Shown piece after piece: positions 29,451-39,969 of a stretch of DNA of 64,000 bases; the first letter of the stretch is position 1, and each line of letters opens with the position of its first letter. The stretch lies in assembly GCA_963736855.1 (NCBI GenBank), contig CAVTQK010000019.1, forward strand, positions 1 through 64,000. Reading direction: 5' to 3'. Made by a program: the position numbers and the translations under genes. Source of the DNA: an uncultured delta proteobacterium (lineage in GTDB: Bacteria > Desulfobacterota > Desulfobacteria > Desulfobacterales > UBA2156). Under the pieces are notes generated by a model, which was given only the letters and a program-made list of their open reading frames with translations, searched no databases and was not told where the DNA came from.

Positions 29451-29832
29451 GGTCGGTCCCTGTTTTTTGGAATGTCAGTTGAAACGTGGCGGCCAGATTT
29501 TTACCCGAATACACGGCGGCCTTCCAGGCCTCTAGTCCGGATTCCGGGAGCCGTGTACAATCAATCCGGACTTCGTCTCCGGGGTGGATTTCCAGCATGA
29601 ATTTGGCTTTTTCCAGGAGGGTTGGAAAAAGACCGGATGGTGTTGTTTTCCGGATGAGGAAAAAGGCAGATGCGATCTGGACACAAGCCGGTAAGATAGG
29701 ATAACCCGGAAAATGTCCTGAAAACCCGATAAAATCCTTATGAAAGAAGAAGCGGCCCGATACAAAACCGTTCGGTTCGATCCGGGGTTTGTCGCGCATG
29801 GCGGCGGCGATGCGTTGCTCAAGCGGGTGCAT
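29443..29832 (-). CDS. FabZ/ApeI-like dehydratase
   Basis: FSGHFPGYPILPA and AKF..EI.PG. Confidence 0.85.
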   Translation of the reverse strand: MHPLEQRIAAAMRDKPRIEPNGFVSGRFFFHKDFIGFSGHFPGYPILPACVQIASAFFLIRKTTPSGLFPTLLEKAKFMLEIHPGDEVRIDCTRLPESGLEAWKAAVYSGKNLAATFQLTFQKTGTDHE

Positions 29833-32223
29833 GGTGCTTTTCCTTTATGATTATCCGATAAAGAACCGGAATAACCCACAGCGCCGAGGGAATCGCGGCA
29901 CCGATTCCCAAGACGACGGTCAAGCCGATGGAAGAAAGGGCCGGATGGCGTGCCGCAGCCAGGGCGGCGAATCCGGCATATCGTGGTCAATCCGGATAGA
30001 AACACCGCTTCCTCTGTTTGATGTCGAAAGCCGCGGTCAAGCCGATAGACCATGAAAATCCCATAGTCGATGCTTAAGCCGATGACCAGGATGGATGCAA
30101 TGATATTAAACAGGTTAAACGTCAATCCCAATCCGGTCATGGAGCCCGCCATAATCACTATTCCCGAAACAACGGGGATGAAAGCCAGCATAAGTCTTTT
30201 TGCCCGACGAAAAAATAAGCCGGTCAGAAGAAAGACGGCCACAGAGGCGCGGATGAGAAAGTTCTGAAAGTCGCCCTTGATGGCGCCGCTGATGATCTCC
30301 CGAAATCGGCCCTGAGAGACCAGCCGGGTTTCCGGAAATGCTTTCTGGATCCGATTGAAGCCGACCGTGACCTCAGGGGTATCCGAAACCAGGGTTGTTG
30401 CGGAAAATCCGTTTTCAGATCGGTTTAAGAGGAGTTCCAGCATGGGGGAAAAGCCTTTTGCCGAAAGCGTTTCAATGGTGATGGGTTCGACTTCCCGGTC
30501 GAGTCGATTGTAGAACGGTTTAAAGGCTTCGGGCGAAAAGCCCAATGAGGCGGCTTCTGTCTTCAAGAATACCAGGCGCTTGGCACCGTTTCCATGTTTC
30601 CAGTAGTCTTGCCAGCGTTTTCGATTGACCTGTTGCAGTACTTTTGAAGGGAGTACAGGTGCCAGACTCACCGGATTTTTAATATTGCTTTCCTGCTCCA
30701 TGAGGGAAAAGAGACGATCGTTTTGTGTCAGGACCGTTTCCAGGGTCGATCCCCGGCAAAGGATCATGGCCTTGCGCCGAAAATCACCCCAGGTCTTTTG
30801 GATTTCTTCTTCGGCTTTCAGGATATTGCCGGAAACGCGGTTCAGAGCACCCAGGTCCCCGTTGAACTGGAGATACCGAATCCCGAATATCCCCAGGATC
30901 AGGGCACAGAGCCAAACCCCGATGATTCCTTTTCCCAATACCGGAGCGGGGGCCTGCAGCCAACGATTAAACCTGCCGGATTTATGCGCCAAGGGTTTGA
31001 TGAGATGGGGCAGCACCACAAGGGAAACTCCGAGTGCATAAATGAGTCCCGTGATGGCAAAGACCGCCAGCTGCCTCTGCCCAGGCAGTTTTGAAAACAA
31101 GAGGACTCCGAAAGCTAAAAGCGTTGTCAGGGCGCTGAAAAGTATGGGTCCGAAGAGTTTATCGAGGGTGTGTCCGGGGTCTTGATTTCCCGAGCTCAAT
31201 GCGAAATAGACATGAAGGCCATAATCCACCGAGATTCCCATGAGCACCGCCCCGAAGCCGAGAGTGATGGCCGACACCTCCGAAAAAAACAAGGAGACGG
31301 CTCCCGAGGCAACCATGAGGGAAGAGACGGGGACCAAAAACACGAAACTTGCCCGCCAGTGGGGAAGATAAATCAGAAAAAGTAAAAGGAGCAAAGCGGT
31401 GGAAATCCCGATGACCCGCCACACGTCCGCCTTCATCAATTCCGCATTGGCGACGGTGTAACGGTGGGCGCTGATGAAATCGACCGTCATGTCCCGTGGA
31501 ACATGACGGGTGAATAGATGTTCCAGGTGCTCGATGAGGCGCTTTCCTTCCTTGAAATCGGTTCCTTCGATGGGAGTATCGGCCAGAACGAGGACCTTTT
31601 TTTCATCCTGACTGAGAAACTGGTTTTGGACAATCCTTACACCTTGAAAAGGATTGATGGATGTGAATTTTTCAAAGCCGAAAGGCGCCATATCCAAAGG
31701 GTCCGAGCGCAAGAGCGCCTCTTCCATGATTCCGGTGGGGGCGAGGAGTCTTTGTTTGACGGTTTTCAGGAGTGCGTGGATTCTCTGGGGCGCAAGATGT
31801 GCGTCGATTCGACTCAGGTCCGTCTCCGTGATCAGATTCGGAAGAACTTCGAGGATCCATGTGAAAAAATCAAATCCCATGCCGACTTCAGGTCCTGTAA
31901 TCACCCGGGTGAAATAGGGCGGTTGCAGACTACGAGCCAGCTCTCGACCGGCAGCCAAAAGCCGAGCCGTTTCGGTTTCGGGACCGGCCGTCAATTGGAT
32001 CACGACCTTCCGGGAAAAAGGCATGCGGTTTATGAGAGTAAAAGATTCGGCAGCCTCGGATCGGTCATCCGGAAGGAGTGAGGCGATATTTTCAGATAAT
32101 TCGATTTGCCCGGAAACAAAGGCTGCTCCGGCAACGACGAGGAATGTGCAAGCGAACAGGACCCATCGGCGCTTTGAAAAAAAAGACGTATAAGCCGGAA
32201 AGAGATTGAATATCCTGTGTCAT
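29819..32223 (-). CDS. MMPL/RND family lipid exporter, frameshifts near both ends
   Basis: Two TM clusters with GISVDYG and GLSIDYG separated by periplasmic loops. The N- and C-termini lie in other frames. Confidence 0.85.
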
Positions 32224-32853
32224 GGAAAGAGCCCTGGTTCTAAAACCTGGTTGATCCGGACTTGGGTAAAGCGGATCCGGGAGGCGTCGCCGTCTTTTTC
32301 GTGGATGTCGACAGTTTGTACATGCCTTAAATCCGATGAAAATGTGATCAGGATCCGATCCAAAAAGGCCTTTTCCGCTTCTGAAATCGGCGTCAGCATT
32401 ACCGAGACCGGACTTTTCGATGAGACGACGATACGATATTGGTCTCTGTGTTTCGCCGAAATCTCCCCGGATCCAGGAAAGCACCTGGTCGACGAAACGT
32501 CGGATGGCGGGTGCCGAGTCCAGCTCAAAAGGGATCGCCTTTGAGATATCCTGATGCCATTTGCTCCCACGACCGTTCGAAACGGAAAACCCCTGTTTTT
32601 CAGGAGTAAGATGTTCCCATCGCAACCGGTCCGGCCTGATGTAATAAAACCTCCCCTTGAGAACAACGGGTTCCTTGAGCATCACCAGACGTTTTTCTTC
32701 GATAAAATCCCCGGAAAGGGTCTCGATACCTTCCATGGCGATCCGGATCTTTTCCAGCGTCTCCCGGTCGAATGTGGAAAGTAAGGCGTCATTCCCGAAT
32801 GCCGTCGAGACAAAATAAACCACGATGAAAAGGGCGGCGGAAATCGTTTTCAT
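32220..32853 (-). CDS. LolA-like outer-membrane lipoprotein carrier, frameshift near 32460
   Basis: Signal peptide; TLSGDFIEEK...GRFYYIRPDRLRWE; the C-terminus (EKDGDASRIRF) is in another frame. Confidence 0.85.
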
Positions 32854-32873
32854 GTCCGGCGTTCCTCGCCTCC

Positions 32874-33305
32874 TTATCCGGGCACCCACAATTTGACGGT
32901 TCCCCTGGCGATGCATTTGCTGTCCAACGTCACTTCGCCGTCGGCCATGTAGAATCCTCCGAACTCCCCGGCCGACCGAATACGGATCAGAAACGGCCGG
33001 GTACCGGGAACGAACTCGAGGACTTCGATTTTGCGTATCCCCACGATATACCCTTTTTGAATCGGCCGACCGGCTACAAGGTCCTGATATCCCTTCACAG
33101 CCGCATAGGCCTGGGCGATGAGCTCGGCCATGGTGTAAAGGGGGAGGGCTGCCGAATCTGAAAACAGCGGATTTTCGGCAAGCCGGCACGATTCCACCAA
33201 TCCCTCAGAGCCGTCAAACATAAGGAGACGTTCGACCCAACGCATGGGGGGCGTATGTGGGATCAATAGTTCCGCGGATACAGGCAGGTTCAGAGGCTCT
33301 TGCAT
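32874..33305 (-). CDS. Hot-dog fold dehydratase partner (ApeP-like)
   Basis: LIPHTPPMRWVERL and ELIAQAYAA. Confidence 0.8.
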   Translation of the reverse strand: MQEPLNLPVSAELLIPHTPPMRWVERLLMFDGSEGLVESCRLAENPLFSDSAALPLYTMAELIAQAYAAVKGYQDLVAGRPIQKGYIVGIRKIEVLEFVPGTRPFLIRIRSAGEFGGFYMADGEVTLDSKCIARGTVKLWVPG

Positions 33306-34108
33306 GATACGGATCGTATTTCCATAAGACGGTTGTGGATGGCCTCTTTGACCGCTTTTTTCAGGTCGATGTGTGCGCCCGACCCGGAAAAGAACTTCGG
33401 ATCCACGTGAGGAAGGGCTTCCAGAAGGATTCGGGCCGGTTTCAACCACCATCGATTCGGCGGCAGGAGGGTGTCCGTACCGCTGATGACCATTGGAACG
33501 ACCGGCCGTCCTGTTTCCATGGCCAGAAGAAAGGCGCCTGAGTAGAAACGACCGACTGATCCGTCCCGGCTGCGGTGGCCTTCCGGGAAGAAAAGCGTGT
33601 TCCCGCCCCGTTCGAGGATTTCCCGGGCCAATCGGGAGGCGGTTTCCCACTTCAACCCCTCCACATTTAAATAGTTGGCCAGGCGCATGAAAGGGGTATA
33701 CCAATACATCCGAAAGGGCCAGCTTCGGATGGCAAAGGCCACGTTGTGAAAAGGCAGGAGCGCCATGCAATAGGTATCAAAAAAGCTTAAATGATTGACC
33801 ACCAGGATCACCGGCTGAAGGGGTTTGACCGCTTCAAATCCTTTTCGGCCGAACCGAACGAAGGGAGACAATATAGCGATCCACCCCCTCCCGTAAATCC
33901 AGATGAAGTGGCGGACAATGCGTTCGGCCGTCCACCGGGTTCCGGCCTTCCAGACCAAAAAAGCCGCCGGGAACATGGCGATGGAGCTTAGGGTCCACAG
34001 GATGAGAAAAGGATAAACCGTCAAGTTCATCAGGAAAATGGCCAGTATGGAACCGATCCCCATGTTTGGGTGAAGATCCTTCTTGCCGGGGGTCTTTCGG
34101 GAAGCCAT
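33290..34108 (-). CDS. Lysophospholipid acyltransferase (PlsC family)
   Basis: VNHLSFFD, FFPEGHRS and GAF.LA. The start may be ATG at 34063. Confidence 0.92.
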   Translation of the reverse strand: MASRKTPGKKDLHPNMGIGSILAIFLMNLTVYPFLILWTLSSIAMFPAAFLVWKAGTRWTAERIVRHFIWIYGRGWIAILSPFVRFGRKGFEAVKPLQPVILVVNHLSFFDTYCMALLPFHNVAFAIRSWPFRMYWYTPFMRLANYLNVEGLKWETASRLAREILERGGNTLFFPEGHRSRDGSVGRFYSGAFLLAMETGRPVVPMVISGTDTLLPPNRWWLKPARILLEALPHVDPKFFSGSGAHIDLKKAVKEAIHNRLMEIRSVSCKSL

Positions 34109-34117
34109 TTATGGATT

Positions 34118-34372
34118 TTACAGGATCTGGTGCTTTTTTCTGATGACAAAGGCGTGAATGTCTCCGAGTGTGCGGATGCTGCGGATTTCCTCTTCTTCCC
34201 GGATTTTAAACCCGAAAGCCTGTTCCAGGACGATGACCATATCCACGAGATCCAGACTGTCCAACTCCAGATCATCGAAAAGGGACGCTTCGGGCACCAT
34301 GGATTCAGCTTCCAGCTCGAATTCCTCGGATAAAGAGGCATTGATTTTTTCAACGATTTCCGGATCCGTCAT
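34118..34372 (-). CDS. Acyl carrier protein
   Basis: DLELDSLDLVDM. Confidence 0.93.
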   Translation of the reverse strand: MTDPEIVEKINASLSEEFELEAESMVPEASLFDDLELDSLDLVDMVIVLEQAFGFKIREEEEIRSIRTLGDIHAFVIRKKHQIL

Positions 34373-35600
34373 GAACAAGTCTCCGCAGCAAGATAGACGA
34401 ATTGACGCCGCCTAAAGCAAAATTGTTTTTTAAAACCAACCCCATGGGCTTTTCTACCGCCCGGCGGATATGAAAGACCCCTTCACACCCCGCATCCACG
34501 TGGTCGAGATTCAACGTTGGGATCATCCGATTCTGGCGCATCATAAAGATACAAGCCATCAATTCCAGGGCGCCGCTGGCCGCCATGGTATGCCCCAGGT
34601 GTCCCTTGAGACTGCTTACGGCAACGGTGTCTCCGAAGAGGGTACGGATGGCCTCGCATTCGGACGCATCACCCTCGACGGTGGCGGTAGCATGCGCGTT
34701 TATATAATCAATCGCCTCGGGTTTCAAGTCCGCATTTTCGAGGCATGCCGTCATACAGGAGACAATGGATCCGGCGTCCGGGTTGGCGATGTTGGAGGGA
34801 TCCGACTGTGTGGCAAATCCGACGATTTCCGCTAAAATCGCCGCCCCTCGGCTTTTTGCCGATTCGAGGGATTCCAGGAGCAACATCCCACAGCCTTCGG
34901 AACACACGACACCGTCACGGTCGCGGTCAAAGGGCCGGGGGGTTCTCTCGGGCGTGTGATTGAAATGGATGGATGCCGCATTCATGACATCGAAAGTGGC
35001 GATGAAGAGGGGATGGAATTCATCGGTCCCCCCGCATAGCATGAGGCGCTGCTTTCCGGATGCGATCATCTCATACCCGATCCCCACTGCCTGGCAGCCG
35101 GTGGAACAGGCGGCTGCCGGCGCCAGGGTCCGACCGGTGATTCCCAGCATCTGACTGACATTGGCAGCGTGTGAATGGTTCATGATCTTGAAGAAAAGGG
35201 TCGAGCGCATCCGTTCCAGACAGAAATCGGAAAAATAGTCCCTGAAAAAGGTTTCCAGGGTGCCGATGCTGCCGACAGTGGAGCCGATGGCCACTCCCAT
35301 ATCTTTTCCGGTGCGCAGTTCATCCGATACATTCCCCTGGGATAGAGCCTCTTGGGCCGCCATCACGGCATAGATTGATCCGGCCGACATGGATCGACGA
35401 TATTTTCGAGGAATTTCGGTCGGGTCGCAATCGATGATCCGGCCGGCGACGTGACTCCTGAGTCCCCGGATTGCAGTGGCTTCGGGTAGAAAGCGGATTC
35501 CGCTTTTTCCGCCGGACAGGCCGGCAAAAAGGACATTCGCGCCTCTGCCAAAAGGAGAAATGGCTCCCATTCCGGTGACGACGACACGGTTTATTTGCAT
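34350..35600 (-). CDS. Beta-ketoacyl-ACP synthase (FabF-like)
   Basis: AAACSTG, NAHATAT, KGHLGHTMAASG and NNFALGG. Confidence 0.92.
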   Translation of the reverse strand: MQINRVVVTGMGAISPFGRGANVLFAGLSGGKSGIRFLPEATAIRGLRSHVAGRIIDCDPTEIPRKYRRSMSAGSIYAVMAAQEALSQGNVSDELRTGKDMGVAIGSTVGSIGTLETFFRDYFSDFCLERMRSTLFFKIMNHSHAANVSQMLGITGRTLAPAAACSTGCQAVGIGYEMIASGKQRLMLCGGTDEFHPLFIATFDVMNAASIHFNHTPERTPRPFDRDRDGVVCSEGCGMLLLESLESAKSRGAAILAEIVGFATQSDPSNIANPDAGSIVSCMTACLENADLKPEAIDYINAHATATVEGDASECEAIRTLFGDTVAVSSLKGHLGHTMAASGALELMACIFMMRQNRMIPTLNLDHVDAGCEGVFHIRRAVEKPMGLVLKNNFALGGVNSSILLRRLVHDGSGNR

Positions 35601-37081
35601 GCGTTCAATTCCTTCCGGAGTCGATCATGGCCCAGGATACTTCCGCAGGCCAGAAATGCGGAGATCACGGCTCCGAGAACGCCCGGGGCCACCACGGCCT
35701 GACCGATGAGGTAAAGCCCTTCGATCCGGGTTATCGGCGTCGGATTGTATTGACCCAACCGGTGTTTGGCGCCATACAGGCTTCCCGTAGGGCTGTTGGA
35801 AAAATCCCTCAAGGTCAGGGGAGTCGCCCCGTCGATAATCTCTATATCGTCCATCAATTCCGGGCAACTTTCCTCGATTCGACGCCTCATGATTTCCAAG
35901 ACGCGGGTTTTGAAATTTTGGTATTCCGCGGGTCGGTGCCTTAACCGCGTATTCAGCCATGCGCCGGTCTGACCGAGATTGGAAGGACAGATGGCGGTAA
36001 ATCCATGTTTTTCCAGTGTGCCGTTTTGAGGGATGACCGATGCGATAAATATGGGACGTTCCCTCAACGGACCTTTCTCGGAGAAGCTGTCTTTGTTTAA
36101 AGAAGAAAAGGTAAAAATATTTTTTCCGATCAGACTCTTTTTGCATTTCCGAGTTTGCCCGTAAAGGATAAAGGCGGAAGGGGACTCATCCAGGCTTTCC
36201 ATACGTCGGATATAGGAGGGTTTGAAGAGGCCCGGGGGTACCAGGTTCAACAGATTTCGAGGGTGGGTGGAAACGATGCATGCCCGGCAGGCAATGCGTT
36301 CCCCGTTTGCCAGGAGTACTGCTTCCGGTTTTTCCCGGGATGGAAAATCGATCCCGGAAACCCGTTGGCCGCAGAATGCGTCAACGCCGTGATCGGAAAG
36401 GACAGATTCGAAGGCGCGCACAATACTGGCGCCGCCTCCCCGGAGTCCATGGACCGACTCGTAGTACGATCCAACCACGGCAGCATGTTGGGCAAAGGTG
36501 ACTTCTCCGGCGGTTGCTCCATGGAGATAGCAGTGGGCGGAAAGGATGCGTTTGAGACGATCGTTTTGGCTCAGGCTGTCCAATACCTCTTTCAGGCTCG
36601 GGCCATGGACGCTTCTCAGCTCCTGCATGGGAAGTACTTCCCGGTCCAGGTTGAGATAGGGCCTCGATCGGAAGCTTTCGCAAACGGCGTTAAGATAGGC
36701 GATGATCGCGTTTCGTTCCCTGGGAAAGAACTCGCAAAGCCTGTCCCGGATGCGGTCATATCCGTAAGGAAAAAGAAAATCTTCCTCCGAAGGAGAAAAT
36801 CGGAAGAGATCAAAACCTTCGGGATTAAATGGCGCTCTTTGAATCTTGTCGCTGATTCCTAAATAACGAAAGTATATATCCAGGATCTCGCCGTCACCCA
36901 GACCCCCGGCGAAATGAAAACCCGTATCGAAGTAAATCCCCTTGCGATCAAAACCCCTGAGAAGCGGACCGATTTTTGGAGATGCTTCGACGAGGGCCAC
37001 GCTCAATCCGTGTTTGGCCAGAATGACGGCGGCTGTCATGCCCGCCGCGCCGGCACCGATGACTGAAAAATCGTATCTCAC
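35591..37081 (-). CDS. Phytoene desaturase/retinol saturase-like FAD oxidoreductase
   Basis: GAGAAG Rossmann motif, FDTGFHFAGG, TPLT.RD...GS.YG and GLYLIGQ. Confidence 0.88.
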   Translation of the reverse strand: MRYDFSVIGAGAAGMTAAVILAKHGLSVALVEASPKIGPLLRGFDRKGIYFDTGFHFAGGLGDGEILDIYFRYLGISDKIQRAPFNPEGFDLFRFSPSEEDFLFPYGYDRIRDRLCEFFPRERNAIIAYLNAVCESFRSRPYLNLDREVLPMQELRSVHGPSLKEVLDSLSQNDRLKRILSAHCYLHGATAGEVTFAQHAAVVGSYYESVHGLRGGGASIVRAFESVLSDHGVDAFCGQRVSGIDFPSREKPEAVLLANGERIACRACIVSTHPRNLLNLVPPGLFKPSYIRRMESLDESPSAFILYGQTRKCKKSLIGKNIFTFSSLNKDSFSEKGPLRERPIFIASVIPQNGTLEKHGFTAICPSNLGQTGAWLNTRLRHRPAEYQNFKTRVLEIMRRRIEESCPELMDDIEIIDGATPLTLRDFSNSPTGSLYGAKHRLGQYNPTPITRIEGLYLIGQAVVAPGVLGAVISAFLACGSILGHDRLRKELNACK

Positions 37082-38298
37082 GGCTCAAATCCCAGAATCA
37101 GGCAGGAATTGGTACCGCCGAACCCTGCGGAGTTGCACATCACGGTTTCAGGTCCCTTCGGGACCGTTTCGGAGATAATGTTCAGCTTTCGGGTGTGTTC
37201 GTCCGGACTTGAAAAATTGATGTTGGGGGCCAGGAATCCATCTTGAGCCATGAGGACCGAATAAACCACCTGGGACGCCCCGGACATCCATAGCTCATGG
37301 CCGGTCATTGATTTGGTGGACGATACCGGCGGGCATGGGTCTCCAAAGACCGCATGAATATTTTCCGCCTCGGCTGCGTCGCCTTCCAGAGTAGAGGTGG
37401 CATGAGCGCAAATATAGCGGATATCGGACGGAGCCATCCCGGCGAATTTGAGTGCGCGAAGCATGGCACGCTTCAGGCCGTCCTGGCTTGGCATGGAGAG
37501 GAATGCTCCGTCGGATGAAAAGGCATACGAAAGAATTTCCCCCAGGATAGGGGCGTTGCGTTGAACGGCGAGATCATGCCGTTCCAACACCAGCGCGGCT
37601 GCACCGCCGCTGGGAACCAGGCCGTCCCGGCTTCGATCAAAGGGCCGGGAGGCGGCTTCCGGTTCATGGATTCTCGTGGAGAAAGCACCCAACCCGTCAA
37701 AACTGCATACGGATTCCCAGTTGATTTCCTGGGCGCCGCCGCAGATCACACGCTCCTGCTTACCCGAAGCCACAAGTTCGGCCGCTTGTCCTACGGCATG
37801 TCCCCCGCTGGAGCAGGCCGAGCTGATGGTCCAGCAGGCCCCCTGGGTCTTCAGGATGATATTAAGGTTCATGGTGATGTTGGAGGTCATGGAGCGGAAA
37901 ATCCAGCCGCTTCCAATGGATTTGGTTTCCCCGTATTTTTTCAGCAGATCCACCTGCTGAACGGCGGCCTGGCAACTGGAGTCACACCCGAATAACAGGC
38001 CGGTCTCTTCGTTTTGGAGCTCCTCCGGAGTCAGGCCCGCCATCCGGACGGCATCCATAACGGCGGCATAAGACCAGATGGAAAAATCGGTCATGGCCTT
38101 TCGGTATTTCCGGGGAAGGGGGATCTTCAAATCGAAATCCCGGATATGGCCGGTCAAAGGGCTCCGGAATCCCAGGCCGATCCGGGCAGCGTCTGCGACG
38201 ATGCCGGATTGTCCCTGCCGGAGGGCTTTGGATACGGATTGGGGATCATTTCCCAGGCAGGAAATGATGCCGATGCCGGTGATGGAGACTCGATGCAT
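37078..38298 (-). CDS. Beta-ketoacyl-ACP synthase (FabB-like)
   Basis: SSACSSG, CAHATST, KSMTGHELWMSG and NSAGFGG. Confidence 0.92.
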   Translation of the reverse strand: MHRVSITGIGIISCLGNDPQSVSKALRQGQSGIVADAARIGLGFRSPLTGHIRDFDLKIPLPRKYRKAMTDFSIWSYAAVMDAVRMAGLTPEELQNEETGLLFGCDSSCQAAVQQVDLLKKYGETKSIGSGWIFRSMTSNITMNLNIILKTQGACWTISSACSSGGHAVGQAAELVASGKQERVICGGAQEINWESVCSFDGLGAFSTRIHEPEAASRPFDRSRDGLVPSGGAAALVLERHDLAVQRNAPILGEILSYAFSSDGAFLSMPSQDGLKRAMLRALKFAGMAPSDIRYICAHATSTLEGDAAEAENIHAVFGDPCPPVSSTKSMTGHELWMSGASQVVYSVLMAQDGFLAPNINFSSPDEHTRKLNIISETVPKGPETVMCNSAGFGGTNSCLILGFEP

Positions 38299-38358
38299 GG
38301 ATATGTTCCGATGAAGGCCGTTTTTTATCAAGGGGGCGATAGGCAGTTGCCGAATGGG

Positions 38359-39093
38359 CTACATGTAAATCCCCCCGTTGACTCCGATGATTTGGCCGGT
38401 GATGTAAGCCGCCCTTTCCGAACATAAAAACGAGACGACGGAGGCTACCTCTTCAGGGGTTCCGAAACGTCCCATGGGAATGGTGGGAAGGATCTTTTCT
38501 TCCGGAAGTCGGGCGGTCATTTCAGTACGGATGAAGCCAGGGGAAACGGCGTTGACCAGGACATTTCTTTTGGCAACTTCTAGCGCCAGGGCCTTGGTGG
38601 CACCGATGAGGCCGGCTTTGGCTGCGCTGTAATTAACCTGCCCGGGTACTCCGCTCTGTCCGGAGGTGGAGACGATGTTGATGATCCTCCCTTCCCGCTT
38701 CCGGAGCATGGCGTTCAGGATCGGCTTGGTTACCAGGAAAAAGCCGTCCAATGAAACGGACAGGACGTCTTTCCATTCCGCTTGGGTCATCCAGACCATC
38801 AGGGCGTCCTTGTTGAAGCCGGCGTTGTTCACGAGGACATACGGCGTCTGTTCTTCCAGAAGTGCGGTAAGGTTTTCGGCGATGCTTTGGGGATCGGTCA
38901 CATCGAAGGGCATCAACCGGCAACGGCGTCCGACGGACTCCACCGCCTCTGCGACCCGGGCTGCAGCATCGTGGTTGCTGCGATAGTTCAGCCAGATGTC
39001 GAAACCGTCACGGGCCAGGGAGCGTGAAATGGCCGCGCCGATCCCCCCGCTGCCGCCGGTGATCAAAGCGATTTTGCGGTTATTTTCCACCAT
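38359..39093 (-). CDS. fabG: 3-oxoacyl-ACP reductase
   Basis: TGGSGGIG, VNNAG, GQVNYSAAK and GVNGG. Confidence 0.93.
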   Translation of the reverse strand: MVENNRKIALITGGSGGIGAAISRSLARDGFDIWLNYRSNHDAAARVAEAVESVGRRCRLMPFDVTDPQSIAENLTALLEEQTPYVLVNNAGFNKDALMVWMTQAEWKDVLSVSLDGFFLVTKPILNAMLRKREGRIINIVSTSGQSGVPGQVNYSAAKAGLIGATKALALEVAKRNVLVNAVSPGFIRTEMTARLPEEKILPTIPMGRFGTPEEVASVVSFLCSERAAYITGQIIGVNGGIYM

Positions 39094-39147
39094 AGAAAAG
39101 ACTTCATCCGGATATTCGGGCAAAGTCCGGCCACGAAGGAGTACATT

Positions 39148-39735
39148 CTATCGGATTGCAACGACCTTGCCGTCAGGGCCGAACTCTACGGTAAAGTTTT
39201 TGAAGCGGTTGGTCCAGTATATCCACCGGTTCTCATTTAACGAGGGTGTCATGTGGGCCGCGGGGTATCCCAGCGCCATCCGGACCCCGTCTTTGGTCAT
39301 CCCTATAGAGGCTTTCCCCTCCCGGATCCCCTTTTGGTCGATTTCGGAAAGTGCATTAAGGTCGACCTTGGAGGGAGAGGCGATTAACTTCCAGTACTCT
39401 TCCGGCTCCATGGCCATCCGTTTTTTGTCGAATTCGAAGAGGACCGTTTTTCCGGAATCCTGCAATAGAATCGTAAATATGGACCCCCGGATGTGTCCGC
39501 CCTTATTAAAAATCACCGGGGTGTTGACGGGGATAATGGTGTGGCCGGCGCCGGGATCCGTCCAGTTGGCGTAGCTGGCCTTGATATCCTTGGAGCTATA
39601 CTGGGTATGGATGTTATTTTTCAGATAAAGAGGTTCTTCGGCCGCGAAAACGTTCCCCATTATTATTGCCGAGATGAAAAAAAACATACCCATCCTTTGT
39701 AACCATTTTCCTGCAATGCACATAAAAAACCTCAC
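39148..39735 (-). CDS. Exported hypothetical protein with SmpA/OmlA-like C-terminus
   Basis: Signal peptide ending VFA; IGMTKDGVRMALGYP...WIYW. Confidence 0.7.
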   Translation of the reverse strand: MRFFMCIAGKWLQRMGMFFFISAIIMGNVFAAEEPLYLKNNIHTQYSSKDIKASYANWTDPGAGHTIIPVNTPVIFNKGGHIRGSIFTILLQDSGKTVLFEFDKKRMAMEPEEYWKLIASPSKVDLNALSEIDQKGIREGKASIGMTKDGVRMALGYPAAHMTPSLNENRWIYWTNRFKNFTVEFGPDGKVVAIR

Positions 39736-39790
39736 TTTCTGCTTTAGTCAATCATCGAAATGGTATATATAAAACATTATTTGAATCCGT

Positions 39791-39820
39791 TTTATATTCA
39801 ATAGATATACCAAGTGTCAA
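39791..39820 (-). promoter_or_regulatory. Putative sigma70 promoter for the lipid cluster
   Basis: TTGACA-N18-TATAAA on the minus strand, in an AT-rich region upstream of the first cluster gene. Confidence 0.45.
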
Positions 39821-39969
39821 GGGTGAAAACCTGTGTGTGCTCCACAAAAGATCCAGAAAACCGGAGGGATAGGATTTGCTTCCGGGGTATTTCTTTTGGC
39901 TCAAAGGGATTGTTAAAAAGCCGTAGCTTTTATAGGAAGTAGATTCGCAAAGGTTTCAGGGGGGGTAAG

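Noticed and set aside
32092..33770. Long ORFs 32092..33189 and 32874..33770
   Set aside because: Their N-terminal parts are off-frame overlaps of neighbouring genes. The real starts are at 32853 and 33305.
39862..39945. GATAGGATTTGCTT and TATAGGAAGTA resembling IS91/ISCR ori ends upstream of gdhA
   Set aside because: The matches are short and no adjacent transposase remnant is visible; they could be chance.
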